From positions 94,367-158,366 of the forward strand of contig CAVWLW010000025.1 in NCBI GenBank assembly GCA_963755715.1: a stretch of 64,000 nucleotides of DNA, read 5' to 3'. Source of the stretch: an uncultured delta proteobacterium. GTDB taxonomy: Bacteria > Desulfobacterota > Binatia > UBA9968. Numbering within the stretch: position 1 is the stretch's first letter; every line of letters starts with the position of its first letter. Both the position numbers and the translations under genes were made by a program. This document shows positions 63,400 through 64,000 of the stretch, one piece after another. The notes under the pieces are model-generated. The model saw nothing but the letters and a program-made list of their open reading frames with translations. It was not told the origin of the DNA and did not search any database.

Positions 63400-64000
63400 T
63401 TTGAGATCACCTTGATTTGTTCATTGTTCGGCATGGGCGCCATCGTTGAGACGAGAAGGGAAAACGCGTTGGCGACGTGATACCAAACGGTTCTTTTATC
63501 CCGCCGATATCATAGCTCCATCGTCCGCTGAGAGCTTCGATAAGCAGCTTGGCGCCAGTCCCATCGATTTGAAGGCTCGGCTGAAATGTCGCGGGAGTGG
63601 CCTTGGCGGCTCGTGACAACTCTGCTGCATGAAACCAATCATGCAAATATTGTTTACATCTAATTCTGGGCACAAAAACGCTTGTAAGTTTCTGATAGTC
63701 TTAAGCAAGACGTTAGATTTGAAATCCGTTCAGAAAGTCAATTTTGTTTTTGTAAATTTTGCTTACGTATTTTCTTTTCCCCCGCGAACGTAACTTGTTA
63801 ATAAAAAATAGGAATAATCTCGGCATTCTTTGTGCTGCTATTTTTTGCCGGATATTCATCTCGTTAATGCGCTGACGATCTCACACGGGCCGGCCCCCCT
63901 GCATTGGGTTCGTATCTAAAGCGCAGAGTTCTTCCACCGGGACACACCTACTCACCTCGTTAATCCACTGACGATCCCATTCGGGCCGGCCCGAGCATTG

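Larger units (their letters stand above)
54665..64000. mobile_element. Integrated phage-satellite-like or defective-prophage element; right end probably beyond the window
   Basis: tRNA junction, arm-like repeats, xis-like HTH genes, replication initiator with iterons, DnaB, TerS; no head or tail genes seen. Confidence 0.8.

Noticed and set aside
63400-64000. Short ORFs or a structured RNA at the window end
   Set aside because: No recognisable motif. The region is AT-rich and probably regulatory DNA for a gene beyond the window, so I cannot support a call.

Overview
This is a 64-kb bacterial chromosome segment with deltaproteobacterial-type gene content. Candidatus Binatia/Desulfobacterota_B is a plausible source, but that is inference only. 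Many isolated indels split otherwise intact housekeeping genes, which looks like unpolished long-read error, so I rebuilt genes across frames by hand. In order: (1) a partial RluA-family gene, then the pheA-hisC-tyrA-aroA-cmk-rpsA-sppA-ihfB-HIT run and an AAA+/VWA pair; (2) a lexA-imuA-imuB SOS cassette with no dnaE2, surrounded by short-period inverted repeat arrays and followed by a decayed four-helix-bundle gene; (3) a roughly 30-kb region under sigma54 and c-di-GMP control. It contains an EAL phosphodiesterase, a GT-C-like membrane protein, a histidine kinase, a REC-GGDEF cyclase, a Tad/Flp pilus locus with Cys-containing pilins, a DsbA-like protein, a second GT-C-like protein, a prenyltransferase-repeat protein and a Tat-exported DUF362 protein. 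It also holds an uncharacterised sigma54 operon (membrane-anchored scaffold, DUF4388, HAMP-only protein, SBP-LysM fusion), a sigma54 activator and an MshEN-AAA ATPase; (4) a SPOR protein, gatCAB, rnhB, yraN and serS; (5) from about 54.66 kb to the end, a phage-satellite-like element inserted at the anticodon arm of tRNA-Ser(UGA), leaving only the 5' half of the tRNA at this junction. All family calls come from motif recognition by eye; no database searches were run.
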